In this document: positions 53,889 through 64,000 of the stretch, one piece after another
Layout of the letters: the number at the start of each line of letters is the position of its first letter
Position numbering within the stretch: position 1 is the stretch's first letter
Assembly (NCBI GenBank): GCA_963693365.1
Contig: CAVNZM010000004.1
Span: forward strand, 7,539,093 to 7,603,092
Reading direction: 5' to 3'
Source: Amoebidium appalachense
Taxonomy: Eukaryota > Protista > Ichthyosporea
Length of the DNA: 64,000 nt
Program-made: the position numbers and the translations under genes
Notes under the pieces: model-generated
Told to the model about the DNA's origin: nothing
Databases searched by the model: none
What the model saw: only the letters and a program-made list of their open reading frames with translations

Positions 53889-56476
53889 TGTGTGTGTGTG
53901 CGCGTGCGCTATAATTTTGTAGTGATGTGTTTCTCAAGCCAATCAATACATCTAATAAACAGGTCGTAGTTACGCGTGTTTAGTATAAAATCAAGGATGT
54001 TGTAATTTACAGGTAGGCTATCTTTCTGGGTGTCTGTTGTGAATGTGACGTGTGTGTGTTGCGGTATTATGTGGTCTATCAAACTACATTTGGCGATACA
54101 TGACCGGTTAAACTGGTGTGTGTGTGTGTTGTTTGGGCATGCAAATGATGCCACCTTATACTTATTAGATCTCCACTGTATAGCACGTGTACAGTAAAAG
54201 CGTGGTAATTGATCAATAATACCATCAGCTAGAGAAAGACCAGTTCTACAGGAAGGTAATATGTATTTAGGTGTTATACACTTGCGAGTGCCATATTTGG
54301 CAATATGGTTGAGGCGGTCAGTATATATAAAACGAGACATAAGGCTTAGTTTTTCAAGGTGTATGCTTTCATCGGGTCTAGTGTCGTGTGGTATCTTTTT
54401 CCATTTGTTATATTGCGTGATTATCTTGTGATTGTGTACATGTTTAACAAGTAAGTGGCAGTCCAAAGTCACACACACACTATTGCGGGGTTTATTTGTA
54501 TTTGTGCCCAGGGGAGAAGGGGAGAGAGAGGGGAGGAAAGAGGGGAGAGGTGAGGAGGGGACAGGTCGGATAGAGAAGAGAGGGTGGGAGGGCAAATACT
54601 TCTTTAAGCGGCTTATGTGCTTATTGAATTTCAGCGCGAGATAGGATACTCTAGCAGCTATTGGGACCAGACCATATATCGAGAGCGTTACAGGCCCAGG
54701 TTTACAACAGTTGTTAGATAGAAAGGAGGCAACTTCTGCTTCAAGGAAATTTGCCAGGGGTTTAAGCGCTCTAGTTCTCTCTTTCTTGATCCAAGCGGCG
54801 AGAAGGGGTAAACCATATTCACATGCCGGGAAGACAAAAGTGCGAATAAATGTAAGTCTAATAGAAGGATGGAGGGGTGTGTCTTTAAAAATATTAGCCG
54901 AGAAGAAAGCTAACCGCTTACGAGCCAACTCTACCCTCTTTTCGACCATATGGGGAAACATAACACCAACAGAATCAACCGGAACACCAAGATATTTGTA
55001 TTCTGGAACTATAGGTACAGGTTTAGATGATAATGTAAATGTGTGTAAATTGTTAGCTATATCAGGTACAAGAACACCACATTTGTCTATGTTAAGGATC
55101 ATAAGGTTTGCCTTGCACCACTCTGACACTACATCGAACAATCTTTGCAGGCGTCTAGGGGTACGGGCAAGGAGGGACAGATCATCAGCATAGAGAAGTG
55201 CAGGCGGAAAGTTATTAATAGGGTCATCGTTTTCGGCGTAAATCTTGACAGCCAAATCATCTATAAATAGGTTAAACAAAAAGGGGCTAAGCAATGAACC
55301 CTGCAAGAGACCTCTAGTACGAGCAAAACCATATGAAAGATGCCCATTAACCACAGCTCTACCATAGGTTTGAGACAAGAGTGCTTCTAACAGAACACCA
55401 ATGCAGTGTGGTACACCCCGTGCAGCAAGCTTTTCCCATAGGAGACCAGGGGAGACAGAATCGTAAGCAGTTTTCCAATCAATAAAGCCAACATATTGTG
55501 CACCAACTTGCATAGAATCGTGCAGTGCCATTATTTGAACATAACATGAATTGTTTTTACGAAAAGCGGATTGGCATGGGTGTATGTGAAGAATAGATTG
55601 AAACCTAGGGTGATGTGCAAATAACCTAAGTAAGCAAGCTTCAAAGAATCTACGAACAACCTGGGTTAGTGTAATGGGGCGAAAGGATGATATGGGGCCC
55701 TCAGAGTCCTTCTTAACTATGGGGATCACTAAGGTATCTAACCAAGATGACGGGACATGTCCACATTTAACACACCAAGAAAAGAGAGAGCTTAACATGA
55801 TAGTAAGATCAGGTTTAATAGCACGATCACTTTCCTTTTGTGGGTAGGAGGGAACAAGGATTTTAAGAAACCCAGCAGGGAGTCCATCAGGTCCACAAGA
55901 CTTACTAGAGCTATAACTAGATATCACAGACCATATGGCATCGGGACTGAAAAAGGGGAGGATCGATTCTATGGGGATAGATGGGTCTACAGGCCACACA
56001 ATAGGTTTCTGAGCGGGGGTCCTATCTTTAAACAGTTCCGAGAAATACTTATCAGAGTCTATGAGGGGGTCTCCAGTGGTATCACCAATAATACGAGCAG
56101 GGGGGCCAAATCGATTCATACTAGCAAGCCGGCGCAAGCTTTCCTTTTGAGACAGGGGTTCACCTAGTCTAGCGGGAGTGGTGTTTGGTAACAAGAGAGC
56201 ATCGGGATATTCCTTCCTACCACCGCCAGCATAATCACCGAGATCTATCAAATCATCAACAATAAAGTTAGTGCATGTATCTAGTACGAGATGTGAATCT
56301 GGCCTGGCTTGTGCAGATTCTAATAGGCGCATATATATAGGGTGTTTCGTAGCATAGCATACACATACATCGACTCTACCCCACTGTGACTTAAGCTGGG
56401 ATAGACGGAGGCGAAAGGTGGGAGGAGGACGCGTTTTAGACACGTTGGGTAACGTTACTCTGACGGAGCCGACCAA
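53756..56476 (-). mobile_element. Non-LTR retrotransposon with intact RT ORF, short (CA)n 3' UTR and poly(A) tail; no endonuclease domain present
   Basis: Poly-T on the plus strand at 53756-53793 is a poly(A) tail on the minus strand. The ORF stops at 53909. No clear TSD found. Confidence 0.85.
53909..56476 (-). CDS. Non-LTR reverse transcriptase (855-aa open frame) with C-terminal Cys/His domain
   Basis: KSCGPDGL, FRPITL, QSAFR, FIDWKTAYDSV, RGLLQGSLLSPFLFNLFIDDL, LLYADD, LNIDKC, YKYLGV. C-terminus QWRSN..C..H.FNRSC..C..NYNILDFILN. The start is a non-ATG codon, so the element is probably 5'-truncated. Confidence 0.93.
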   Translation of the reverse strand: MVGSVRVTLPNVSKTRPPPTFRLRLSQLKSQWGRVDVCVCYATKHPIYMRLLESAQARPDSHLVLDTCTNFIVDDLIDLGDYAGGGRKEYPDALLLPNTTPARLGEPLSQKESLRRLASMNRFGPPARIIGDTTGDPLIDSDKYFSELFKDRTPAQKPIVWPVDPSIPIESILPFFSPDAIWSVISSYSSSKSCGPDGLPAGFLKILVPSYPQKESDRAIKPDLTIMLSSLFSWCVKCGHVPSSWLDTLVIPIVKKDSEGPISSFRPITLTQVVRRFFEACLLRLFAHHPRFQSILHIHPCQSAFRKNNSCYVQIMALHDSMQVGAQYVGFIDWKTAYDSVSPGLLWEKLAARGVPHCIGVLLEALLSQTYGRAVVNGHLSYGFARTRGLLQGSLLSPFLFNLFIDDLAVKIYAENDDPINNFPPALLYADDLSLLARTPRRLQRLFDVVSEWCKANLMILNIDKCGVLVPDIANNLHTFTLSSKPVPIVPEYKYLGVPVDSVGVMFPHMVEKRVELARKRLAFFSANIFKDTPLHPSIRLTFIRTFVFPACEYGLPLLAAWIKKERTRALKPLANFLEAEVASFLSNNCCKPGPVTLSIYGLVPIAARVSYLALKFNKHISRLKKYLPSHPLFSIRPVPSSPLPSFLPSLSPSPLGTNTNKPRNSVCVTLDCHLLVKHVHNHKIITQYNKWKKIPHDTRPDESIHLEKLSLMSRFIYTDRLNHIAKYGTRKCITPKYILPSCRTGLSLADGIIDQLPRFYCTRAIQWRSNKYKVASFACPNNTHTHQFNRSCIAKCSLIDHIIPQHTHVTFTTDTQKDSLPVNYNILDFILNTRNYDLFIRCIDWLEKHITTKL

Positions 56477-56590
56477 TCAAATCTAGCCTAACTATTCCTG
56501 TCCATGAGGCCCTACCAATGAGCGATCGGTCCAAACTCCCTTTCGCATGATCTAACATGATCTTTGCACGATAAAAAGCCTGAATATACC

Positions 56591-56736
56591 GAGTATTTAT
56601 ATGATGTTCACACAGTGTTCAGGTATCTCAGTATGCACTTGTTACTGGCTAACTCGTGAAGTTTTTATTGTCCTCTCAGTATGCCGTGCATACTTGCATA
56701 TCTTTCCGTCGAATAAATCCAGTCAAAAGAAAAAAA
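56591..56736 (+). mobile_element. ~145-bp 3' end of the 28.9/53.0-kb LINE family, opposite orientation
   Basis: Reverse complement of 52991-53136, ending CCAGTCAAAAGAAAAAAA. Confidence 0.85.
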
Positions 56737-57761
56737 CAAAAATATTCCAACGTGACCCTGGACAAGCGAATGACTGATACCGACTAGTCGGGACTGACCG
56801 GGACTGATCATGCCACGGGGTTGCAGAAGGGGCTAATCTCGACTACGCTCAGTCGGTGGAATGGCGCTTACGCCTTCGGTCACTGGGGCCTGGGCCCGTG
56901 AGTCGTGACCAGCCACACCGGCAAGATGCGTTTTGATTATAGCCTTGCAAAAAATATTTATGCTTTTCCCCCAATAAATAATTGTCGTGTTATGTTCTTT
57001 TTTATGCTTCAGGGGGACCAACATTTCTCTCCGCTTGGTGGGAACTGTGTATCATGACTTACCGTAACCGTTGTAACGTGAGGACGGGCCCACACCACGT
57101 GTCGTACATGCGGCCCGGTACAGCCGCGCGAGCACCTGAACTTCCATGAACAGATGATCAAAGAGATCAGCTGCTTGAAAGCCCATTTGAATTTTGCCAC
57201 TCGGTATTATAGAGCTATTAACCACATGAAAAATATTTAGTATCAAAGTGGTCCCTTTTTCAACTGGTATAACAATACCAATTCCTCCCTCCTTCTGACG
57301 ATGTGAGAATGATCTATATTGCTGGTATGCAGCAATAAACCATATTTGGGTATTCATAATTGGGATGGGAGCCAATCATAGTAGTTCGTGACGACAAACT
57401 TCCGTGAGCCACGCATTTTGTGATTGGTTAGTTGGAGGCGTGTAGTGATTATGTATTCGGCCGTTTTGGCTCAGTCGAAAATTTTGGGCCGCGCTCGTTT
57501 CAAGCCCCAGCCACCGGCCTGATGCCCAATAACTATAGGACTGCATTTCAAATTGATTAGAAAATTATTATGTGCTCATAACTACTATGAATAATTTTTC
57601 AAAAGAAAATCGAACATTTTTTCTTGTGTCAATGTTCGGTCAGTCCGGCGGCGTTTGTTTGAAGCCGTAACTGCGTGATCATGTTACGTTACCCCAACGA
57701 TCTTGATATTCATTTACCCTCTTCCTCGTTTTTGATTGGTGACTTGCAGGGGAGATTGGCA

Positions 57762-57769
57762 TATATAAA
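57762..57769 (+). promoter_or_regulatory. TATA box with two upstream ATTGG motifs
   Basis: TATATAAA about 190 nt upstream of the ATG at 57955; GATTGG near 57734 and 57754. Confidence 0.55.
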
Positions 57770-57954
57770 GACGAACAGCCACATGGTCCGCAGTTTCCAT
57801 TCACATCATCGTCAGTTTTGGACTTTTAGTATGTCTGTTGGTTCGTTTTGACATCGGGGGCTCAATCGATTACATTTCGATCATTTTTGGCTTTTTTACA
57901 TTCAGCTCTTCACGTCTGTTTATTTTAACACACACTCTTTCTAGGCCGAAGAAA

Positions 57955-59102
57955 ATGGCCCCACGGCTGCCTAAATCCGGCATGTTTGCCAGTCAAAACA
58001 TCAGTGAGGGGATTCATGAGAACCCCATGGCACAATCATCCACATCCATTTCCCCTAGCAGCAGCAGTATGACTCTAAAGAAAGCATTATCTATCACTTC
58101 ATTCAAACGCCGTCTTTCCAAATCCTCGAGCTCGGGAAAAGCGTCCATGTGCAGCGACTCCTACTCCTTCTCCCAACACAACAACACGTCACAGATTGCA
58201 GATGACTTCTTCCCCGATCCCACTCTGGCCATGGCCGACCCTGCCAGCTTCTCCACCACGACCATGCACGACCCCTTTGCATCCACAACATCCATTCGCA
58301 CAACACAAACACAGTTGTCTCGCTCCGTGAGCACACTCTCTCGCGTGGAGTCGGGCCACAGGGAGCGCCGCCGTAGCGCCAGCCAGAAAGTGAGCTACGC
58401 GGATGTTGAAAAGGCACTTCAGATGCGTGATATTGAGATGTTGAACCGCACACGCGCAGAGAGGCGGCTTTCCGAGGCACACAGTGAGATGGTGGCCATC
58501 TCGGCACGCGGGGAGAGGTTAATGCAGCAGGTGGAGGAGACACGTACGGCCATGGAGCAGATGCAGAGGCAGCTGGGGGAGATGAAGATCCAGCTCGACC
58601 AGGAGAAGAGGGCTCTTGCCGACGTCGAGATGCGCGCAAAGATGGTGAGTGCGTGATACTTTTCACTCTTTGCATTGGCCTTGTAAATATTGTGGGTTAA
58701 CGCCTGTGAGGCGAAAGGAAGGGGTGATGGCTTGGGAAGAAGTGAAAACGGAATATATTCTGAGGTTGTGTTAATGAATGGATATTGTGGGGGTCCCGGA
58801 GCCAAAAGGGAATGTGTATTTCTCGCTCGAGATCACTAAAACCCATCGTGTACCCGACTAACTGTTTGTTTGTTTTGCTACAGGCCGAGCAAGCCGCGGA
58901 AGAAGAACGAGCGGCCGCAGACAAGGTGTACATGATGTACGTGTCGTTGGCGTTTGAGCACTCCTCCCTTAAGATGACCTTGGCCGATATCGTGCACCAA
59001 TCAGAGGAGGATTTAAGGGCGGATGCGGCACAACACGGCGTCATAACCTTCCCACCACCGCCATTGGCTTCGGCCGAGTCGGAGTTGGAGATTTTTGGAT
59101 AG
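57955..59102 (+). CDS. Ser-rich/coiled-coil protein of unknown function (~302 aa, 2 exons)
   Basis: Exon 1 57955-58644 (AAAATGG start, GTGAGT donor); branch point ACTAAC and CAG acceptor; exon 2 58884-59102 in phase. E/Q/R/M-rich helical region spans the junction. Confidence 0.8.
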
Positions 59103-60164
59103 ATGGATAAAAACAGGAGTGAGGGGGGGATTTTGTGCCAACCACGGAGGCATATTAGGTGATTGGTGGAAATGGGTGGTGAACGTCGGGAGCGACGAGA
59201 ATGAAGGAACAAACAGCGGAGTGGCTCGATTGACACGGCTGTTGACAGAGTGCCACGGCAACTATCACAGCCTTGACATTTTTCTCTTTTAGATGGTTCT
59301 GAAAGTGCCATTTTTATCGTTTAGATGGTTCTGAAAGTTTATGTTTTTACGGCTCAGAACTTTGCTTTTGAAGTGCCAAATGGTAGGAAACCGGATTGCA
59401 TGGTTCTGTAGTAGAAAGGTGGCTAGGCGGCCACCTATTTAGTATACTTTTTTTTTTTTTTTGCGTACGAAACAACCCACTAAACGTTCACAATGTTCGA
59501 TTTCTACGTTTCATCTCCGTGACCTCATGTCCCATAATTAAACCTAACTTTACTCGTGTTCTACTAGTTTGTATTCGTTTTTCCGACTGGTATTTTTCCT
59601 TATTCACCATTGTAGTTTCCGGGCCTCCGTATGATTTTTGCTTTTCGTGCCTGGCCACCCACAGAATTTCCTAACACACTCGTACTTTTGGTATCAAATT
59701 TAGATGAACAAACCTATCCGTTTTTCTCACGTTTTCCTCCCGTGTATTATTACAACCTTTGTTGTTGAACACACACAGAAACACGCACAACACACATGAA
59801 CAATGTTGCGAAAAATTAGGAAGTTCCTTACAGTGTAGTTTGGCGGCAGTGTGGGCAGTACTGGGTCCCAAAAACAAAAACAGACCCAGTTTAAGGGGAG
59901 ACTCACTGTGTGGTCATTTCGTTAGGCACAAACGCAAGTGCCTTTGTAGCATATATGGACCGGTCTGTTCGTAACAGGCCGTGGCCTAACGGGTTTAGTC
60001 GCCCAGGCCGGAGTAAAAATGTTGTCCCCCATCATTGCCCATCGTGTCTCTCTTTTCCTCCCGAACGATTTCACACAGAAAAACAGCTCTTGGGCTCAAA
60101 CCCCTCAAAGCGTTATCAATGGTTATGCTTGTCACTAGTGTCCACAACAAGCATATGACGCTGC

Positions 60165-60199
<35 letters not shown>

Positions 60200-60691
60200 C
60201 CGCCCCGCCCCCCAAACACACACGCACACACACGCACACACACACCAATTGCTCCCCACTTTCATTCTCTCTATCCCTGTTTCCGTGCACAACCATACCC
60301 ACACATGCTCGTCCTGTACATCCCGTCGCATGCAGGGTAGACCCTTCGAAGGTAGCATCCGCATGCACCTATGTCGACTGAACTAAATGCCGTCAAAATC
60401 ACACATGTACAAACTACAACATTTTTTTCAAGATTTCCAAACTGTTACATAGTTCGTAAACACCAGAATTTTGTTCAAACCTCCCCCCCCCCCCCCCCCC
60501 CCCCCTCTCCTTGCCCGTCCGCCCGCCCTCCCGCTCCCCCGCCCACCTGCATGCCTGCCCACGGGTGCCCCTGCCACCTCCCGGAATGTTTCTAATGTTA
60601 GTGTGTATGGTCTTTTTGCAGGTTTACCCTTCTGTGTTGTCCGTGACGGTCGAGCTTGTAATGTACATGTACTTTGTACTCTACAACACAT

Positions 60692-60732
<41 letters not shown>

Positions 60733-61421
60733 TCCTCCCTACCCCGGGGGGAGCCACTGGGTGCTACCATCGTGACAGAAAGTATGTCTGTGGGTGCAAG
60801 GGGTATGCCGACTCGACAATTGCAATGGGATTATACTGCCATTGCACATGCAACCGTTGTGCACATGACTTGTTGGTTTCAATATATATAAAAGAGGAGA
60901 GGTCTATGCTCCCAGTGCGGCAAACCTGAAATCATATATGGATAGTGGTTATGTAGTCTCTGTCTGGGCCCAGGAAGACTCTGAGGGGTGCAGCAAAACA
61001 TATATCCCAACCTGGCCATCACTAACACGTGATCAAATATAATATGAATGGGCCGGAACGTCAATAGATTCAACGGTACAACAAAAAGGAGGAGAAAGAA
61101 GTTGAATATTCGGATTATTTTGCTGATAAGCCATAGTAAATAAATATGATATTGAATATATCAAGATATCATAATTAAAAACCGTTAATAAGAAAAAACC
61201 GGTCTACGTAGGATATGTATGATCCACACGTCAATACGGTGTGCTCCCAGCTTGGTACATGCCAGTTATTATAAATTAATCACTAATTTTAGTGTGTACC
61301 CAAATGTGGTGAGTGCCTGCCTGAGTCTAAATTCTAAATCATGATAATCCGCCAGGACTGGACGGGAGTCTAAATTGTTTTTAGGCATTAAAAAGAACCC
61401 AGGAGAAATCGTTTCTTCCTG

Positions 61422-61453
<32 letters not shown>

Positions 61454-61493
61454 ACACACGCACAAACACACAAGTGCACACACCCATATATCC

Positions 61494-61524
<31 letters not shown>

Positions 61525-61673
61525 ACACGCACACCACCACCACCACCACCACCACCACACTACCAAAACAACAACAACAAAACGACCACTGTGTAACCTC
61601 CACCACGACCACCACCAGCAGCACTACGAAAATTGTTAATCAATCACTTGAACGACCCTCCCCCCCCGCCCCC

Positions 61674-61711
<38 letters not shown>

Positions 61712-61822
61712 GGCAACCATGCTCAATCCCTCCTCCTATTTTCTAACCTGTTATCGCAACCCCCACCACCCCCTGAGTCGGTTTTGGGTTCAGCACAAAA
61801 CAGTGTAATCCCCCCGTTATGT

Positions 61823-62733
61823 TCACGACGCCAAACCCGACGCCAACATAACCGCCCTCAACTTTTCCATCTCAGCCGCAATCGCCTTCGCCGATCTCAT
61901 TGCCGTGTCCCAATGCGGATTGGTCGGATCCGCCGCCTTTGCCTTATATAGATGTCCGATTGCAATGTCCGCGGGCGTATCCAAAAAAGCGACAATCCCA
62001 CGTTTTGCCCATCTCTCGGCCTGCCGGATGCTTCTTTCATTGGCTGTCGACGGCGATCCCGGGCCCAGGGACTCTACAGAGTCGCACCTAAGCATACCGT
62101 GTGGCGCGAGACTCGGTTTATCCCTTGCATCTGGTTGGACGGGATCGGGTTGCGTTTTTAACGGCATGCCCTCATCGGCTACTTTTATCATGTTGGTCGG
62201 AGCCGCATGCGTGTCGGCGTCATTCTCTTTCACTTTGATGCCTGGCTGAATGGGGGAGCAGGGACAGGATACCCCTGTTTCATCCCTATTTGGCGATTGG
62301 TTTACAGACTCTCTTTCGATGTCCTTTTCGTGAGAAAGCGCGAGGGACGGCTCTGTGATGGGTGGTGGCAAAATCACAGCAGGCTCGTTGCTAGGGGCCA
62401 CAGCTGAACTCTCATTTGATTGGGTCTTTGCAAATTCAGGCGCCCGTATAGCGCTTTCCGATTGGTTGTAGCTCAGGCTCACGTGGGGACTGTTCATCGA
62501 GTCAATCACCGAGGTTCGTCCTTGTACGGCCTTTGACTTTGACGATTTCCGCAGGTTTTCAGTTCCCTTTTCTGGGAAGATTGTAGAAAGTTCGAGAAGG
62601 GAAGGGATGACGGAAGAAACCGTGTCGGTGTCGGAGAGGTCTGCAGGTTGGAAGAGGCGGTGGGTGGGGATGCCGAGGGTCTGGCAGAAGCGCAGGTACT
62701 GCCACGTGTTTTCAACACGTGTAAGCGGCCCAC

Positions 62734-62807
<74 letters not shown>

Positions 62808-63405
62808 ACACGTGTGTGCGTGTGCGTGTGTCAGTGTTCGAATGGATCCGATAACAACCACTTCGTTAGTATTCAAAATAGAGGGGGATGTAAATCAGTA
62901 TCCTCGGCCACAGTCCAAAGCCAGGTAGTGGTTCGGGGGAAGCCGGGGAGGAGGGAGGGGGGAGAGGGGGAGGGGTAAATGGACTGAGACTGGCGGTGAT
63001 GGTTGGATGTTCGCGCGCGCATGTGTGTGTGTACCTGGGGGGAGGAGGGGTTGGGGTTTTTGGGGGGGGGGGGGGGGGGGGGGCAGGGAGGTTGTCATGA
63101 TGGTCGGGACGGGGAGATGGGGGGTTGAGGGGGGGGGGGGGGGGGGGGGGGGGGGAATGCAAAGATGAGCATGCTTGAAATCACTGCATTGTTTGTGCTG
63201 GCACATGTCTGTTGAACGTGACCGTATATGTTATAGGACACACACGTGCTAAGTGTACACGTGCAAGAGCATCCATGGGCACTATGGGAGGTCATCAACG
63301 TACCGGTCTTGGCTGTGTGCTTGCCGGCCGGCATGCATTTGCAATCTGGCACAGGAGAATCCCTGACCGGAGATCGTGGGTCCAACCATCGACAGAAGGA
63401 GAGAG
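61823..63405 (-). CDS. Calponin-homology (CH) domain protein, last two exons; 5' part not resolved
   Basis: Exon 63405-63304 (DLRSGILLCQIANACRPAS) joins exon 62734-61823 (RVENTWQYLRFCQTLGIPTHRLFQPADL..VIPSLLELS) in phase 0, matching the CH consensus. A disordered linker and a helical C-terminus follow. Confidence 0.75.
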
Positions 63406-63417
63406 CTGTACACGTGT

Positions 63418-63448
<31 letters not shown>

Positions 63449-63872
63449 CACATGAATTGATATAGGAGAAGAGAGAGTGGGGGCTGGGGGGAGGGGGGGG
63501 GGGGGAAGGGGGGGGACGACGTCAGTATGCCCATGGTTGTAATACTGTGCTCATGCAAGCACTCGAACATGATCATGCATGCATGGAGATTCACGAGAAA
63601 ATGTTGATTTAATTTAATTGAATCCGCCTTCTCTCACACACGCACGCACACACCACCCTCTCCTTCAACTACTTCAACTTACCCACATGCTACTTATCCT
63701 CAGAAGAGGACTGTTTGTATATGCCAGTCTGAGAACACAAAAATAAGTAGGAATATTCAGCATCGACTTTGTGCGTTGTGTGGACGATTCCTGCCTCCCC
63801 CTTCCCCACCCCCCACCCTCCCACCCCTTCCCCCACCCAACACATACAGGGCGAAACCCCAAATACAATCTA

Positions 63873-63955
<83 letters not shown>

Positions 63956-64000
63956 CGTGCGTGCGCATGCGTGTGTGTGCGTGCGTGCGTGTGTGTGTGT

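Noticed and set aside
52991-56736. RT gene inside terminal inverted repeats as one novel TIR retroelement
   Set aside because: The apparent TIRs are LINE 3' ends: they encode the C-terminus of the 28.9-kb LINE family, carry A-tails, and the left one has its own 11-bp TSD.

Overview
Eukaryotic nuclear DNA with many introns and dense (CA/GT)n, (GA/CT)n and poly-G/poly-C tracts; most ORFs in the supplied track are artefacts of these repeats. The organism cannot be named from the sequence. Genes reconstructed by hand: a complete 12-exon meiotic recombinase DMC1 (minus, 44298-51686), a 2-exon single-domain TagD-like cytidylyltransferase (38669-41663), a partial multi-exon CBS-domain gene (18492-23144), the 3' part of a calponin-homology gene (61823-63405), and three orphan genes (membrane, secreted, coiled-coil). 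The mobile-element content is the most striking part. At 28.9-36.7 kb, a degenerate LINE carries a three-LTR tandem mini-retrotransposon (TRIM) with a copia-type half-tRNA primer site and a 5-bp TSD, whose empty site is visible at 53.3 kb. Next to it, a second LINE carries a non-coding Gypsy-derived LTR element saturated with ACGAA motifs. The window also holds an intact 855-aa non-LTR reverse transcriptase ORF with no endonuclease domain, a TTAA-flanked 5.7-kb TIR element, a MITE and a duplicated, apparently structured ~150-nt element. Coordinates and alignments were read by eye; no database searches were run.
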